Below, piece after piece: positions 39,533 to 53,173 of a stretch of DNA of 64,000 bases. The translations under genes were made by a program, and so were the position numbers. The notes below the pieces were generated by a model that did not search any database, was not told where the DNA came from, and saw nothing but the letters and a program-made list of their open reading frames with translations. Numbering within the stretch: position 1 is the stretch's first letter; every line of letters begins with the position of its first letter. Origin of the DNA: Octopus vulgaris (lineage: Eukaryota); assembly GCA_951406725.2 (NCBI GenBank), contig OX597826.1:80476001-80540000 (forward strand). Reading direction: 5' to 3'.

Positions 39533-39844
39533 CAGGGCTGGCCAACCTGAGGCCCAGACTTTTATCTTGTGGCCTGCTTGATACTTTCTTGAAATGGATT
39601 TATTTAAACAAACGTTTTAAAAATTTTATCAAACATTAAAGATTGTAATGAAAAGTAAAAAAGAAAGATGCTACTGTTTTTGCAATGATAACATTTTCTG
39701 TTGAATCAACAATCGTTCATCCATTATTGTAATAACAGCACAAGAAAGCCAAATGCTTTCAATTCTGTCAGAATACAAGAGGCCCTCATAAAACCCTTCT
39801 GTGATTAAAGTGCCCTATAAAGTAATTCGAGTTGGCCAGGCCTG
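39533..39844. mobile_element. hAT (Charlie-like) MITE
   Basis: TIR CAGGGCTGGCCAAC / GTTGGCCAGGCCTG; 8-bp TSD gtctaagc/gtctaact (6/8 match); interrupts an RTE-tail element. Confidence 0.8.
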
Positions 39845-42699
39845 GTCTAACTCTAACCCATGCTGGCATGAGAGAATGGATGTAAAAACAAATGAAAATA
39901 TATATTTTTTGCTGCTAAAACTGAGGAAACTATTCAACCGCATTACACAACAGGCCAATGGCCTTGCACCAAAGTGCCAATGCTGAAATGTGCATATGTT
40001 ATATCAAGCTTAAAATGAGCAATTACATTTACTGCAGTTCATATTCACTTGTCAATGTGGCTTGAACTCCACACACTAACCTACCCAGAGATGTAAAGGG
40101 TGTAGTCAAGCTACATGGAGTACAGAAGTGGAACCATGTAGCAAAGCTCAAGCCTTTTGGTAACGTGTCGTGCATTCCAGCAGACTTTTCAATTACGTTC
40201 TTCTTTTGATGATGATGATGATGACTTGTTTCAGTCATTATCACTGTGACCATGCTGGAGCACCACCTTTAGTTGAACAAATTGACCCCAGGACTTATTG
40301 TTTGTAAGCCTAGCATTTATTCTATTGGTCTCTTTTGCCAAATCGCTAAGTTACAGGGATGTAAACACACCAACATCAGTTGTCAAGCGATGATGGGGGT
40401 ACAAATACAAACACATACACAAGGGGCTTCTTTCAGTTTCCGTCTACCAAATCCACTCACAAGGCTTTGGTCGGCCCAAAGCTATAGTAGAAGACACTTG
40501 CCCAAGGTGCCATGCAGTGGAACTGAACCCAAAACCATATGGCTGGGAAGCAAGCTTCTTATCACACAGCCATGCCTGCGCCTATACACAGCTACGCTGT
40601 GTATAGTAATAGTAACCCTTTTGTACTATAGCTACAAGGCCTGCAGTTTTGGGGGAGGGAGCTGGTCAATTACCTCAACCCTTAGTACTTAACTGGTGCT
40701 TACTTCACCGACCCCAAAAAGGATGAAAGAGAAAGCTGACCTCGGTGAAATTTGAACTCAGAACATAAAGACAAACAGAATGCCACTCAACATTTTGCCC
40801 AGTGAGCTAACAATTCTGCCAACATTCTTAAGGTTTGGTTCAGCAAAACTTAACCAAGTTATTCACAGTAAAGAATTACACCCAATGAATATGAAAAAGG
40901 GATTATTCTCTTAAGCATATTATTCTAAATATAGAACTTTAATAAGAATAGATCAACCATAGATTGGAAATAGAAAAGCTTGTGGCTTGTCTATGACTGG
41001 AGCATAAGAAATACTTTGCACCAAATTTTGGGTTTCTTTCCTTCTTGTTTTTATAACAATGAGGAATACAATCCTTTCATCAACTCAAAATTCTTAAAAC
41101 TCTTCTTAAAACATAAACTAGTTGACTATTCTAACTATATCACTTGGTTTGAGGTGATACTTCTTGCCAATATTTTCTACTAGAAAATGAAGGTTTCCTT
41201 TGTATATGTGGCTGTGTGGTAAGAAGTTGGCATCCCAACCAAAAGGTTTCAGTTTCACTACCACAGCATGGTACATTGACCAGAGAGTGTTCTATTACAG
41301 CCTCAGGCCGACCAAAACCTTGTAAGTGGATTTGGTAGACAGAAACCGAAAAAAAAACCCATCCTGTGTCTCTGTGTGTGCGTGTGGGTTTATTTTTGTA
41401 TTTGCCCCACTACTGCTTGACAACCACTGTTGGTTTGTTTACATCCCTATAACTTAGCAGACGGGCAGAAAACACCACTAGGATTAGTACTGGGGTGGAT
41501 TTGTTCAACTGAACCTGTCAAGGGAGTACCCCAGCATGGCCATATTCCAATGACTGAAACCAGTAAAAGAACAAAAAACTGCAAACTTACTTTTTTTTCC
41601 TGTTTACCTTTGGCAATTAATTACCTCCATATAAAACAGGACTTTGCCAAAGTGTCTGCTGACATTGCCATTTACCTTCATAGAATATTTATCACACACT
41701 TCAAAAATCAATCGACTTATTTGAATATTAAAATTTTCAATAACGTCCTCTCCTTAGCTTTCGTTTTCTCTAAGATCTTTTCCTTTGCCGCGATTCTACA
41801 AACATTAATTATGACTGATTACCTACACACACCTACCTGTATTGATTAGTTGAATCGGGAATTTACTTATATGGTGTCAGCAGTTTTGATATCTATTGAT
41901 TTAGATATTTATAGATTCAATTTTTGATGTGTGTGTGTGTGTGTGTGTGTGCGTTTTCAACTTTTTCTTTAACATCCTAGTGAAAGAATGTGGCTTCATG
42001 GTTAAGGTATTTAGTTCATAGCCATAAGACCATTGGTTCAATTCCTAGCAGTGGATTGTGTCCTTGAGCAAGACACTTTATTTCACATTGTTCCAGCCCA
42101 TTCAGCAGGGAAAAATGAATAGTCCCTGTATTTCAAAGGGCCAGCCATGGTGTCACATTGTGTGTCATGTTGCATCTCCATCACAATGTTAAGGGTATGT
42201 GTGTCTGTGGAGTACTCAGCCACTTGCGTGTTAATTTCACAAGCAGGATGTTCTTTTGATTGAATCAACGGGAACATTCATTGTTGTAAATGATGAAGTG
42301 CCAGTTTAACATCATCCATTCCTCTGAGCTAACATGGGTTGCAAAGGGACTCACTTGAGGCAAGAATTTGCAGCTGCATGCTCTTCCTGTCACCAACTCT
42401 TACCTGTGTGTGTGTGTGTGAGTGTTGTGGAAACATATGTGTGCATGTTTATGTGCATCCATCCAAGCAATAATTTGGAGTAAGAACTCTATACCAGTTT
42501 CCCCTCCCCCTTTCTAACATATTTTTTCCCCTTACTATATTAGTTTTTTCCCCCCTTTTTAACATATTTTAAACATATTTGAAGTTTTTAAATAATATAC
42601 ATTCTATTATCAATTGATTTTGTCCCCAACAGAGTTGAGTTGGATGTCCAGCTCACAAGATCAGTTTGATCTGCTCATGACTGTTGAATTAACAAACTA

Positions 42700-43300
42700 A
42701 AAAATTTAAATAAAGAATCCTTCAAACCCCACCAAAATACTGGAAGAAAGAAATTAACTGCTGAACATCTTCAAGATCCCCAATCATAACAATGCCATAT
42801 CTTTAGGAAGACATCATGACAGATACTCTATGGGGGGAGAACTTTCTCTATCTCTCCTAACTGAACCAAGTATTAAATAAGGTTGTGTTCTTGCATTTGC
42901 TGGGTTTCCAGACCCCACTCCTATGTACCTCTTCAGTATTGTTATGATACGAGTATGTCCAACCACCAGAGATTCAAAACTGCAACCACCAATGTCTACC
43001 CATCTGAGCTTTAATAAACTGGTGATAACACCGGCAGGGGACAGGGGCTATTTCAGGCATGTTTGTGAATGCTTATCAACATTTTGGTTAAGAAGGTTTC
43101 AGTACAAACTCCACCTGGAATAGAAATAAACCCCTCTCCAACTCATGTTCACAATTCAACAGGCCTGGGACAGCATCACCAGCTTGGACCATTGATGGTT
43201 GTTGATGGTTGTGTATGGAGAATTGCAGAAAGGAATGCATCCTGCAGGTGGTCCAAGACAGTGATATAATAATCAACTAAAGCAAAACAACCATTCAAAA
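42700..43300 (+). mobile_element. Highly degraded RTE (BovB-like) LINE ORF2 fragments
   Basis: IK*GCVLA at about 42870-42900 (compare VKQGCVLAP) and VYGELQKGMHPAGGPRQ*YNNQLK at about 43210-43282. Confidence 0.6.
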
Positions 43301-45217
43301 TCTTTACTACTCATTCATCTTTCCTTATGAGCCATTGAGATCACCCAATTGTCCATTTTGAAAAGAAAATGGTAAGGTGGGTGTGGCTTCTTTGAAAGTA
43401 ATCATAGAAGGAGAGGCTTCTAGAAGAGGCCAGTGTGAGAGGGAAGCAGACTAAAGGAGGACTTTTGGACCCAGCTGCATCACAATGCCCATGTCCTTAT
43501 TGTCAGGGTTCTTTCAGATGAACAAACAAACAATTAGTTTATAAAACAAAAGAAACAAAATAAAATTCCCACAACAAAGATATCAATGATGCTGATGCTG
43601 ATGTTCCGAGTTGAAATCCCACCACGATCCACTTTGTTTTCACTCTTTTACTGTTAATAAAATAAGTACTGGGCTCCATACAGAATCGACCCTAACCCTC
43701 CCTGCCCTCTCTAAGCTGTGTCTCTTCCTGTCTTTGTTCATTATTCCCCCATAATTATATGACAATTGAAACCAATCAATAAAACACAATTAGCCAGTGT
43801 TTATTATCTCAGACAGCCATTTGTAAATGAATGTCAGCAAACTGGTCAAATGTTTACCTTTATTACACTTGCTCAAAGATAATTGGATTTCTATTTGAAA
43901 TTAATCATCTCTCACATCTCCAAGGTACATTGGGTTCAATGGTTGCTGTTTAGCCCAAGGTTGGCCTTGATCAAGCAGACTCAAGACTATCCAGTCTTTT
44001 TTTTTTACTTTCCAGGGACCCTTTCTCTCCTTAGATGCCATATTCAGAACGTAGGACATAGGCAATGATGCCCTTCCACAATTCTCCGTTCTTTGTTTTC
44101 TTCAACACTTCCACTTCTTCCTGATGGTTAAAGCTTCTTTCTTCCAACCAATTCCTCAAGCTGGACATCCTCCTCCTCCTCCTCCTTTCTCTGCTTCTTT
44201 TTCATTCAATCTTTCTGGTCAGCATTAAATTCTCCAGGTTTTCTTACCTCATCACACAACCAAAAAAATCTCAGTTGCATGGCCCTTATTTCAGGGACTC
44301 TATCGTCAAATGTGTCCTTCCTTTCTTAAAATTTGAGACAGATTTAGCTATCATTTCTAATGATTCAAGGAAGCACATGTATGCTCTTTCCTTGGGTCAT
44401 CAGGACTGTATAACTCTGTCTCCTGAAGAGTGGTAAATCTTCTCCAAGAAAACCTCCATACAGAACCCAAATGTTTCAGTAAAACCCATCATTCTTTATC
44501 AGTTTGTGTTACATTCAATGTGCAAATCGATTTTTTCATATTTACCAACATTTAAAAGGTGAGTTTTGCAAGCTAACAACAGAATATCTATGATTTGCAA
44601 GGTCACTTAACTACCTAGAAATAGAAATCAAGCATTCCTTAATTCACACCTTATTATCTTAAAAAGGAAAGAATAAGGTAATTCCAAACACACTATGTAA
44701 AAAAAAAAGAAAAAAAGGCTTTTGGTTAGCAGTTTGTTGTGTCACAACTTGGAGACCAAAAAAGCTGTTTTTGTGACATTTCAGACAGACCTTTCAATAT
44801 AGTATGAGAGGAAGCAAGTAACCACACCCGAATGAAAATTGGGAAAGAAGGGAAAAGAAAGGAGGTTTGGGAGTGGGGTGCATGAGTGCAACTAAGAGAA
44901 AGAGATTACAGGATTCAGAGATAAATAAAGAAGAAAATTCTGCCATGGACAAATTAATGCCAGACAGAATCTCAGTTGGTCAAAATTGGGAATCCAGCCA
45001 GAAAGTTTGATGACAGCTGCTTCTGGCATGACCCTAGGGAGAAGGAGCCTGAGGACTCTATCCCCACCCTCCTGGCCTTCCCAGGAATAGTGGCTGGAGA
45101 TGACAAATGGATGGATGTATTAAAGACTAATCGTACAAAACAAATTAAGAAAACCTATCTACTTCAAACCTGCTTTTTTTTAGTTATTGAAATTGGTAAA
45201 AAGAAGTTTTCACTCAC

Positions 45218-45478
45218 CTCCTTCAGCACTCTTTTGAGCTTCTGTAGCAAATATGATGTCAGGTTCATTAATGGTGAAGATGGCCCAAGACTTTGAACGG
45301 AAGTTGAAGCCATGGAAACAGGCAAGAGACAGATTGTTGCCTTTAAGTGTAACCGTTCCTCCCAAAATAGTACCTTCCTTTGGTAAAGGGGATGGCAACA
45401 TGGAAAAACTACATCCAGCAGCAACAACCAAGACTTTCTGCCAATGTCGGTGATGCCAAACTGAACTGTAGCTTACTC
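45218..45478 (-). CDS. BLTP1: BLTP1 coding exon 4 in window (VSYSSVWHHRHWQKVL...LACFHGFNFRSKSWAIFTINEPDIIFATEAQKSAEG)
   Basis: HHRHW and LACFHGxNFRSKSWA motifs of the KIAA1109 C-terminal (FSA_C) region. Acceptor ttcttgttgtag|GA, donor G|gtgagt; 261 nt, phases 1/1. Confidence 0.96.
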
Positions 45479-45866
45479 CTACAACAAGAATAATAAAAAA
45501 AAAGTAAGAAACGAAATAAGAAGAAAAAATAAACAACATGACTTCAAGATTTCCCTTATTTGGCATTTAGTTTTAATTTTAGGTTTAAGGATATTTTCAC
45601 ACAAATTTTTCAGGTTAGTACACCAACATTGAATAAACGACAGGGACAAATCCCATTCTTAAGTCGCAACACATACACAAACCATTATTAAAGGAATTTG
45701 TAATATTAACTGCATAAACATGAATCATGGCAATTGCATAAAAAAAAAAAAACTACCAAAACAAAGAAGACTTGGAAACGATATTGTAAAGTCCGGTCTT
45801 TTTATTTCAAAATCTGTCCCTTAAAAATTCACTGAAAGTATATGTAAGACAGTAAAATGAAAATAA

Positions 45867-46228
45867 TTACCCTGCACGCATAAGCAAAAGCAGGGTATTG
45901 TAGTCGCACATAGTGTGTTTGTCTGTGTGTTTGCAAAATTACAGGAAAACAGTTTAATGGATTTTCACCAAATTTTGCATAAATACTCATTAGGTGAGTG
46001 GCTCAAACTCATTAAATTTTGGTTTGATTATCTTCAAAATTAGCAGACTGGTGAATCAAAATGTTTTCTTTCTTTGTTACATATGCATAAACGATAAGCA
46101 AGGGAAATAACACTTTATGTCATTTTGTTGAAATATGAATTCATCTGAAAATATATTTATTAAATTGAATTTTATTTTATTTTATCCTTGTGTGCACAGG
46201 GTAAGCGTCGCCCCTCCGATACTTTTTT
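45867..46228 (+). mobile_element. Helentron-associated non-autonomous element (DINE-1/HINE-like)
   Basis: 5' subTIR TTACCCTGCAC, nearby inverted GCAGGGTA, GTCT/GT microsatellite, core gattttcaccaaattttg, 3' subTIR GCACAGGGTAA at 46194-46204, then a T-run. Confidence 0.6.
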
Positions 46229-46639
46229 ATCATTAATTATAAACTGGATAATGTGAAGGCGCATGCCTAGTGGTTAGGGTCCTTCACTCACGACCGTTAG
46301 ATCTTGGGTTTAATTCCTAGACTGGACAATGTTTTATATTCTTGAATAAAACACTTCATTTCACATTATTCCAGTCCACTCAGCTGTAAATGGATAACCC
46401 GGCAAAAGATCGGTCTTCTCTCTCCCTTAGGTTTGTCCCCAAAGAAGGAACTGAAAGACATCATCGCTTAATGATTTGTGAGACAGATTTTAAAATAAAG
46501 ATGTTTTCTCACTTATCACATGTAGAGGTGGATCTTGTAGCTTTTACTTGGGGGTGGGGAGAAGGGGCATTTGTACATGGAACTGAGGATATTTCTAATG
46601 CTGTTGTCACTGTCAATATTGATTTTTTTTTTCTATTTT

Positions 46640-47240
46640 TCAATCTGGAGTCCCTGTAACAAGCTTCTACATTTCTGGCAATCAAGCATTTCAAAACCAA
46701 CATGGTTGGCCTTCTTCACAGAATTCTTCTCTATGGAGCCAAAACCTGGACTACAAAGAAGGGAATATCAACATCACTATGATGGTATATACAACAGGCT
46801 TCTCATGGGGGCTCAAACCATCACATGACATGAGCACAAGAACAAAGAGATTTATAGACATATTCCACCCATCTCTATTACTGTTGCTTAATAACAAGTA
46901 GGTTTTGCTAGCTACTGCTACTTTTAAAAATTTTCTTTATTGTCCACAGGGAGACAAACAAGGACAGACAAAGTCGATTACATTGACCCCAGTGCATAAC
47001 TGGTACTTCTGGTACTTATTTAATCGACCCTGAAAGGATGAAAGGCAAAGCCAACGTCAGCTATTGTGCTAAATACCAAACCATACCAGATGCTAAATTT
47101 TAAATTTCCACACCATAAGACAGCATAGAAGCCACCACTCAACGACCTACAATTTATTGGTACCGACATGTAACCTGAGACTGAGAAAGTACCAAAGCAA
47201 TGGAAGAGAGAGGTTCTTGGTGCAGAATGGTGAAATCCAT
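46640..47240 (+). mobile_element. RTE-clade LINE ORF2 C-terminal remnant interrupted by a SINE
   Basis: WSPCNKLLHFWQSSIS..ILLYGAKTWT..YDGIYNRLL..EIYRHIPPIS matches the LLYGxETW region downstream of RT; stops and frameshifts present. Confidence 0.75.
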
Positions 47241-48009
47241 CTGATTTGCAGCTGCTTGAAAAAAGATATTTTAGCTGCAGCAGATTATCTCAAATACTGG
47301 TTAATGTCCAAATAATGAGATCGTCAGTCTACAGAATAAAATGGTATACCACAATACACCCAGTGACCTCACTCCACCCCCAAACCTTCTCGTTATAAAC
47401 ATGTACCGTACAAAACATATCCAACTGCTTTAAGTAACGAAACTAATGGACGATTGACAAACGTTTATTGTCAAGTGATTTTATGTTATTGATTTCTACC
47501 ATTTGATGTGGCCATGCTACAGCATTGCTATAAAACATTCAGTTGATTGTATTGTTCCCCATATTTTTTGGTAGACAGATACTGAAAGAAGCTCATATGT
47601 GTGTGTGGGGTGGGGGTTGTTTGTGGTGTGTGTGTGTGTGTATGTATGTGTGTGTGAGGTGTGTGAGGTATGTGTGTTGTGTGTGTGTGTGTATGTGTTG
47701 TGTGCATGTTACTTGACATCATACGTTAGTAACAAGTGTCACGATCATACAAGTAGTGACCATTTTCAATCTTCCATCAAAACCTGTCTTGGAAACAGGT
47801 GAGGGTTGGCAACAGGAAAAGCATCCAGCAATAGAAATGCAAGAGGTCACATTAAAATGAAGACAATGATATATATATATATAGTTGTGACTGGCAACTA
47901 ATAGCAGTCACAGGCATTAAATACTGATCGCTGTAGCTAGCCATAAGCTGGAACTTAACTGAGGGCCCCCATGGTATCCGGCCAAATAATATCTCCCTCC
48001 AAAACCACA

Positions 48010-48056
<47 letters not shown>

Positions 48057-49384
48057 GTCCACATACCCTCACATGCACAGTGACTGATTAATGCACAGAC
48101 ATGTGTATTCTTAACAGGATTCTAAAACAAAATGATGAAACACAACAAAGCAGGCCTACAAATTACAATCCATCCGATGAGCTTCCACATTTCCCGTATC
48201 TACCCACTGTTATTCACCAGGCGTGGGTCAGCCAGAGATGCAAACATATACACACGCTCATATATACACAGACACACACACACACACGCAATGTAATAGA
48301 TTATTTGTTCTGTGTTTTTACAAGTAATTTCCTGAAGATTACATTTATAATAAAACAGTAGAAAGATGCGGGGTGGGGGTGGGGGGTGCTGGCGTTTGAG
48401 TTGATGGTAACAATGTTGTGTACAGAGAAGTGTGCAGGAAATTGAATATTACTGCCAACAGATAAGACTCCAGTCTAAACGGTTAATCCACTTAAATGGT
48501 GACAAAGTGAAACAGAAGTGCACTAACAACCAGTAGATTGGATTGACATTAATAGAGTTCTGGCAGATATGCATGTCATGCGTGAGGAGGAGGAGGAGGA
48601 GGAGGGTGGAGAACAGAGAGAATAAGAAGGAACAAATAGAGAGAGGTGAGGAGAGAGAGAGACAGAGAGAGAGAGAACGGAGACAAGGGGTGGTGTTTAA
48701 GAGAGTGAATGGAAAAGGAGAGACTTGCAAAGTGGGGGGGGGGGTGATGGGGAGAAAGAGAAATAAAGAAGAAAGGAGGAGAGGAGAAAAAGAATAGAGT
48801 AAGAGGGGAAAAGAGAGGGTGGAAGTCAGAGGAGGGAGTGGGGAGAGGGAGGGAACAAGTGAAAGATTGAATGAGGGAGGGAGGAGGGGCGGGCTTTAAG
48901 TAAATAGCAAGGAACATTAAATGTAAATATTCAACATATATACATATCCACACATACATATCTACACAGCCAGGCATATTCAGGCAGACATACGTAAACA
49001 TGTAAAAAGGTAGATGCATACACAGGAACAGAAACATGAAAACCAACAGCTACAACTTTGGCAGTTGTTCTTATTTCTTTATCTTCATTTTATCGTGGCA
49101 TTCATTCCTTCATCATTGCAATATTCTTCTCAACTCGCTGGTATTCAAACAATACATAAACGCCACTCACACACACATATATATATATACATATGCACAT
49201 ATGTTTGTACAGCTTTTATGACAACATTCCATTTGTAAAGTGAAATAAAATTCAGAAGAGATGCTTTTTGTTGTGTTTACATTTTTCATTTTAGTTTTTT
49301 GCTTATATCTTTTTTCTTTTTTTTTCTTTCTGAGAATTCTTGATTACATAGAAAGTTTCTCAGCCAACTATGGCATAAAACTAA

Positions 49385-50110
49385 AAAGTTACACTGTTTT
49401 TCCTTGAAACTTGCTTCCATTTATTGGAAAACTAATGCTAGTTTATTTAGGCTGCAAGCTCAAAATGACAGGTCAGTGAATTAATTTAATCTGATACATA
49501 CTGCAATAATGATATCAAAAACTTTGTAAATATGAACAAGAGAAAAAAAAAAAACCACAGCTTGGAGTGACATGTTCAACTTGGTAATGAGAGAATTTGA
49601 GCAATTTAACCCAACTGTAAATTAGTCGAAATTCATCAAGTAATTTAGCTGCAAGACAACATCCTTCTGAACGAAATTATTGGAGAGTTGAAAGAATTTA
49701 TCTTTACGAGAAAGAAAGTCATTTTTTTTAGTGCACCAAAACAGTGGAATTTTAAACAGATTATGAATACTCTGCAAAGAAGAGTTTCTCAGAAGTAAAA
49801 TTTCTAGGATTTCAAAGGATTAAATAATGATTTCTTACCGGGGAACATCACTAAAAAATATATAAAGGGTGCAATCAACTGAAAAGGACCTTCATATCGG
49901 TACTCTTCATGTTGTCCTAAAATTTAATTCTTAGATGTTAGATTCTGCTAACCAAATCTGTCAAAGAGTTTTCACTATTTCTTGTGTTATGTAATTGGGA
50001 AATTTAAGTCTACAGGTCAGACAGAATCTTGAAGCATCATCTTAGGATGCAGAAAAGTTATCCAATCTTGAAAGAAAACCACTGCATGAATTTCTTACTC
50101 CGAATGAAAG
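49385..50110 (+). mobile_element. Possible decayed hAT transposase remnant
   Basis: Non-microsatellite block with fragmentary Charlie-like C-terminal peptides and no intact frame. Confidence 0.25.
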
Positions 50111-50582
50111 ATTCTCATAAAAAGTTATTTTAAAATCAATAAATTTTCTCAAAATTTAATGGCCCCTTGCATCTCCAGTCAAAACTGCTGCTACGTACAG
50201 TGTTGATGGGAAGGTGATTGCAGGAAACCCATTCGTTGATAGACTTTCCAAGAGAAGGAACATACCCATGGCCTTTGCAGATGAGTGAAATGGGTGAAGT
50301 TGATGTCTGTTCTGAATATTTGCAAGAAAACACGAGTGATGGAGGAAACAGAGAATCTAATTTGAAAGTTTGCAACAGAATAGACACTGCCAAAAGCAAC
50401 GGGAGACCGGGTGGTAGTGTTAAAATGAAATGCTATTCACGTCTATGTCATAGACGTGGCAAGTCAGGAGCCTATCATCCCACTAAGAAATGTACAGAGG
50501 CACAAACAGTCAAAAACCAAATCTCAATATATACACCAACATCTAGATTGTAATCAAAATGAACATCTTGTCAAATACATAC

Positions 50583-50803
50583 CCAAATCTTCTGAGTTTT
50601 TGCGTTTGGTTGATGATTTGCTCTTCATTGATCCCCCAATTGGTCCAAAAGCAGAAAGGACTCTCTTGCTGTTAGTGAGATAGGTGGTGAAGAACTCTTC
50701 CAATTTGGCAGCCATTTTTAATAGGTCTGGTGTAGTTGACCGTGAAATCATGATGTGGAATTTATCCCAGTCCAGTGTTCCATGGACAAACAATATTGCT
50801 GGT
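50583..50803 (-). CDS. BLTP1: BLTP1 coding exon 3 in window (PAILFVHGTLDWDKFHIMISRSTTPDLLKMAAKLEEFF...SEDL)
   Basis: MISRSTTPDL and KLxEFFT motifs of KIAA1109. Acceptor ttttggtttag|A, donor G|gtatgt; 221 nt, phases 2/1. Confidence 0.95.
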
Positions 50804-50812
50804 CTAAACCAA

Positions 50813-50843
<31 letters not shown>

Positions 50844-52697
50844 CATATGTTATTGAGATGGTGTATAAGATTTTTTACATAACATACAGAATGAGTTTTG
50901 TTACAATAACCAATTATGACAAAAGGCAACTTAACCATGCAATAAATAGACATCAATAAAACAAATATGAACATCTAGAATCCCTGCAGATGCTACCCCA
51001 GCATGGCCTCAGTGCAATGACCAACCAGTAAAAGCAGATAAATTACTCAACTGTGAATAATTCTGCAACAAATGCTAGATTTTATAATTGCTCGCATGCA
51101 ATAATGTTGTTCCAACACTAAGAATATTTAGAGTGTCTGTGTGTCAAAGCTTTCATCACATTTTTTCCCATAAATTCACAGTGTTTGTTTGAAGTATCAA
51201 CGATTATTGACAATAGGTGGGCGTTATAGGGTTAATGTGCTACTGTTGTGATAATCATTTTTATCTACTCGAGAGAAGTAGAAGGCCAAAACAATAAAAT
51301 CTGTCTCAACTTGAGTTTGCAGACCCATCTAAATGGCATAAAGTTTTTAGTCCAGCACTGCTATTAGTACCAACTTTGCCAGCTTTTGAGGCTGACAAAT
51401 AAAAATTACAGCAATTGTTTTCAAAAATGCTTTCACCAGAACATTTCAAAATAGCCACAGAAAGCTAAACAAAAAAGGAAGAATGAACAGAGGAGAAAGG
51501 TTAAGGGTTTCCAGCAGATTTAAAACGATACAGTGAAGCAATATTAATATGTTAGATTGAAGAGAAAACCAAACAAACAATAATGGATATTCTGTTTCTT
51601 TATTAATTCATAGCCACCAACGTTAGCTCATCCCTTTAACATATACAGCATCATCATCAACAGTTGCCATTCCTTTATATAGATTACATGCATTCTGTGT
51701 TATAGCCAAAAAATTTTTTTACACAGTAGAGGAAATGAATTTTTCTTAATCTATTTACACAAACTCTGCAAGTTAAGAAGAAGAAGAAGAAACTAATTAT
51801 TATCACCAGATCAAAATAAACCCCTTTGGTGAAACGAATGATTTTCTTGCAACAGTTTATTTATTAAAGCTCACAGTCTCCAAACTCGGATCAATAAAAG
51901 AAAAAAAAAAGAATCTACCAAAATCCAGTTGTATTATTTCCTTTTAAACCTGGGAATACCGAGCATTGTCTGAATTCATTGAAGGTTCAAATCAGATTAG
52001 AGGATTAAGAGAATGACATGTGTAAGAAAGCATTTGAAATTGTAAAGAGTTTTTTTAGTATTGATGACGATGATGATGATGAGGTGGGGGGTGGGGGTGA
52101 GAGTTATTCATAAACCTTGGAATGGAAGTTGCCAGCAAGAAAATAGAAGTGACAAGAAATAAAGGCCCCAGCATAACAGAGTTTGGAATTGAGGTGGTGG
52201 TGGGGGTGAGATGCAGAAAGAGACAAACAGACAGACAGACAAATATACCACATAGTTCCGTTACCATCTGACAATATCACGGCAACAAGGAGGGGGTGGG
52301 GGTTCTTGTTGAATTTAAAGAAATGTCACTAAAGAAATTTCTATTTACTCCATATTTGTCACATCATGGAGTAATATTGCTTTACTTATAAACAGGTGAG
52401 GATTGGCAATAGGAAGGGCACCAGGCCATAGAAACATCAACCAAAACAAATTCCATCCTGTCCATGCAAGTACGAAAGAGCATGGCAGTTAAAGCAATTT
52501 TTGCATCAATTTTTGCATATCAGAATTCTCTCCATTGTCCAAGTCTTGTAAACACTAAATTGGAGATTCTCTCTGCTTTGTGATATTGCTGTTTTGCTTT
52601 TGCAGTGTACCTATCACCACAGATACATGACCACCAGTTAACAGTTCCCTTACATTCACAAATAACTGCTCCACATCAATGGAATATCCTTCTAAGG

Positions 52698-53173
52698 CAG
52701 CAGTTCTCAACCATTTATTTGGCCTGTAGACTCTCTTCATCCCTACTCTACTGGATCTCCATAATCATTAAATGTTTTTAGAAATTAGTAAAGAGGCAAG
52801 CTGGCAGAATCGTTAGCACGCCAGGTAAAATGCTTAGCAGCATTTCATCTGCTGCTACATTCTGAGTTCAAATTCCGCCAAGGTCGACTTTGCCTTTCAT
52901 CCTTTCAGTGGGGTTGATAAAATTAGTACCAGTTACACACTGGGGGATCGATGTAATCGACTTAATCCCTTTCCCCAAATTTGAGGCCTTGTTCTTCCAG
53001 TAGAAAGGACAAGTTAATTAAATATCATTAGGATTTGTATAGAAAAAAATTAAAATATTGCACATTGTAGGAGCATAAACTGCTTATTGCACCTAAACTT
53101 TTACAGCAAAATCATATACGCCCTCCTCCAACCTACCCCCAGGGTCACATGGACCCCCGGTTGAGAACCAGTG
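52698..53173. mobile_element. hAT (Charlie-like) MITE with a nested family A SINE (about 52793-53010, +)
   Basis: TIR CAGCAGTTCTCAACC / GGTTGAGAACCAGTG; 8-bp TSD ttctaagg/ttcttagg (7/8 match). Confidence 0.88.
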
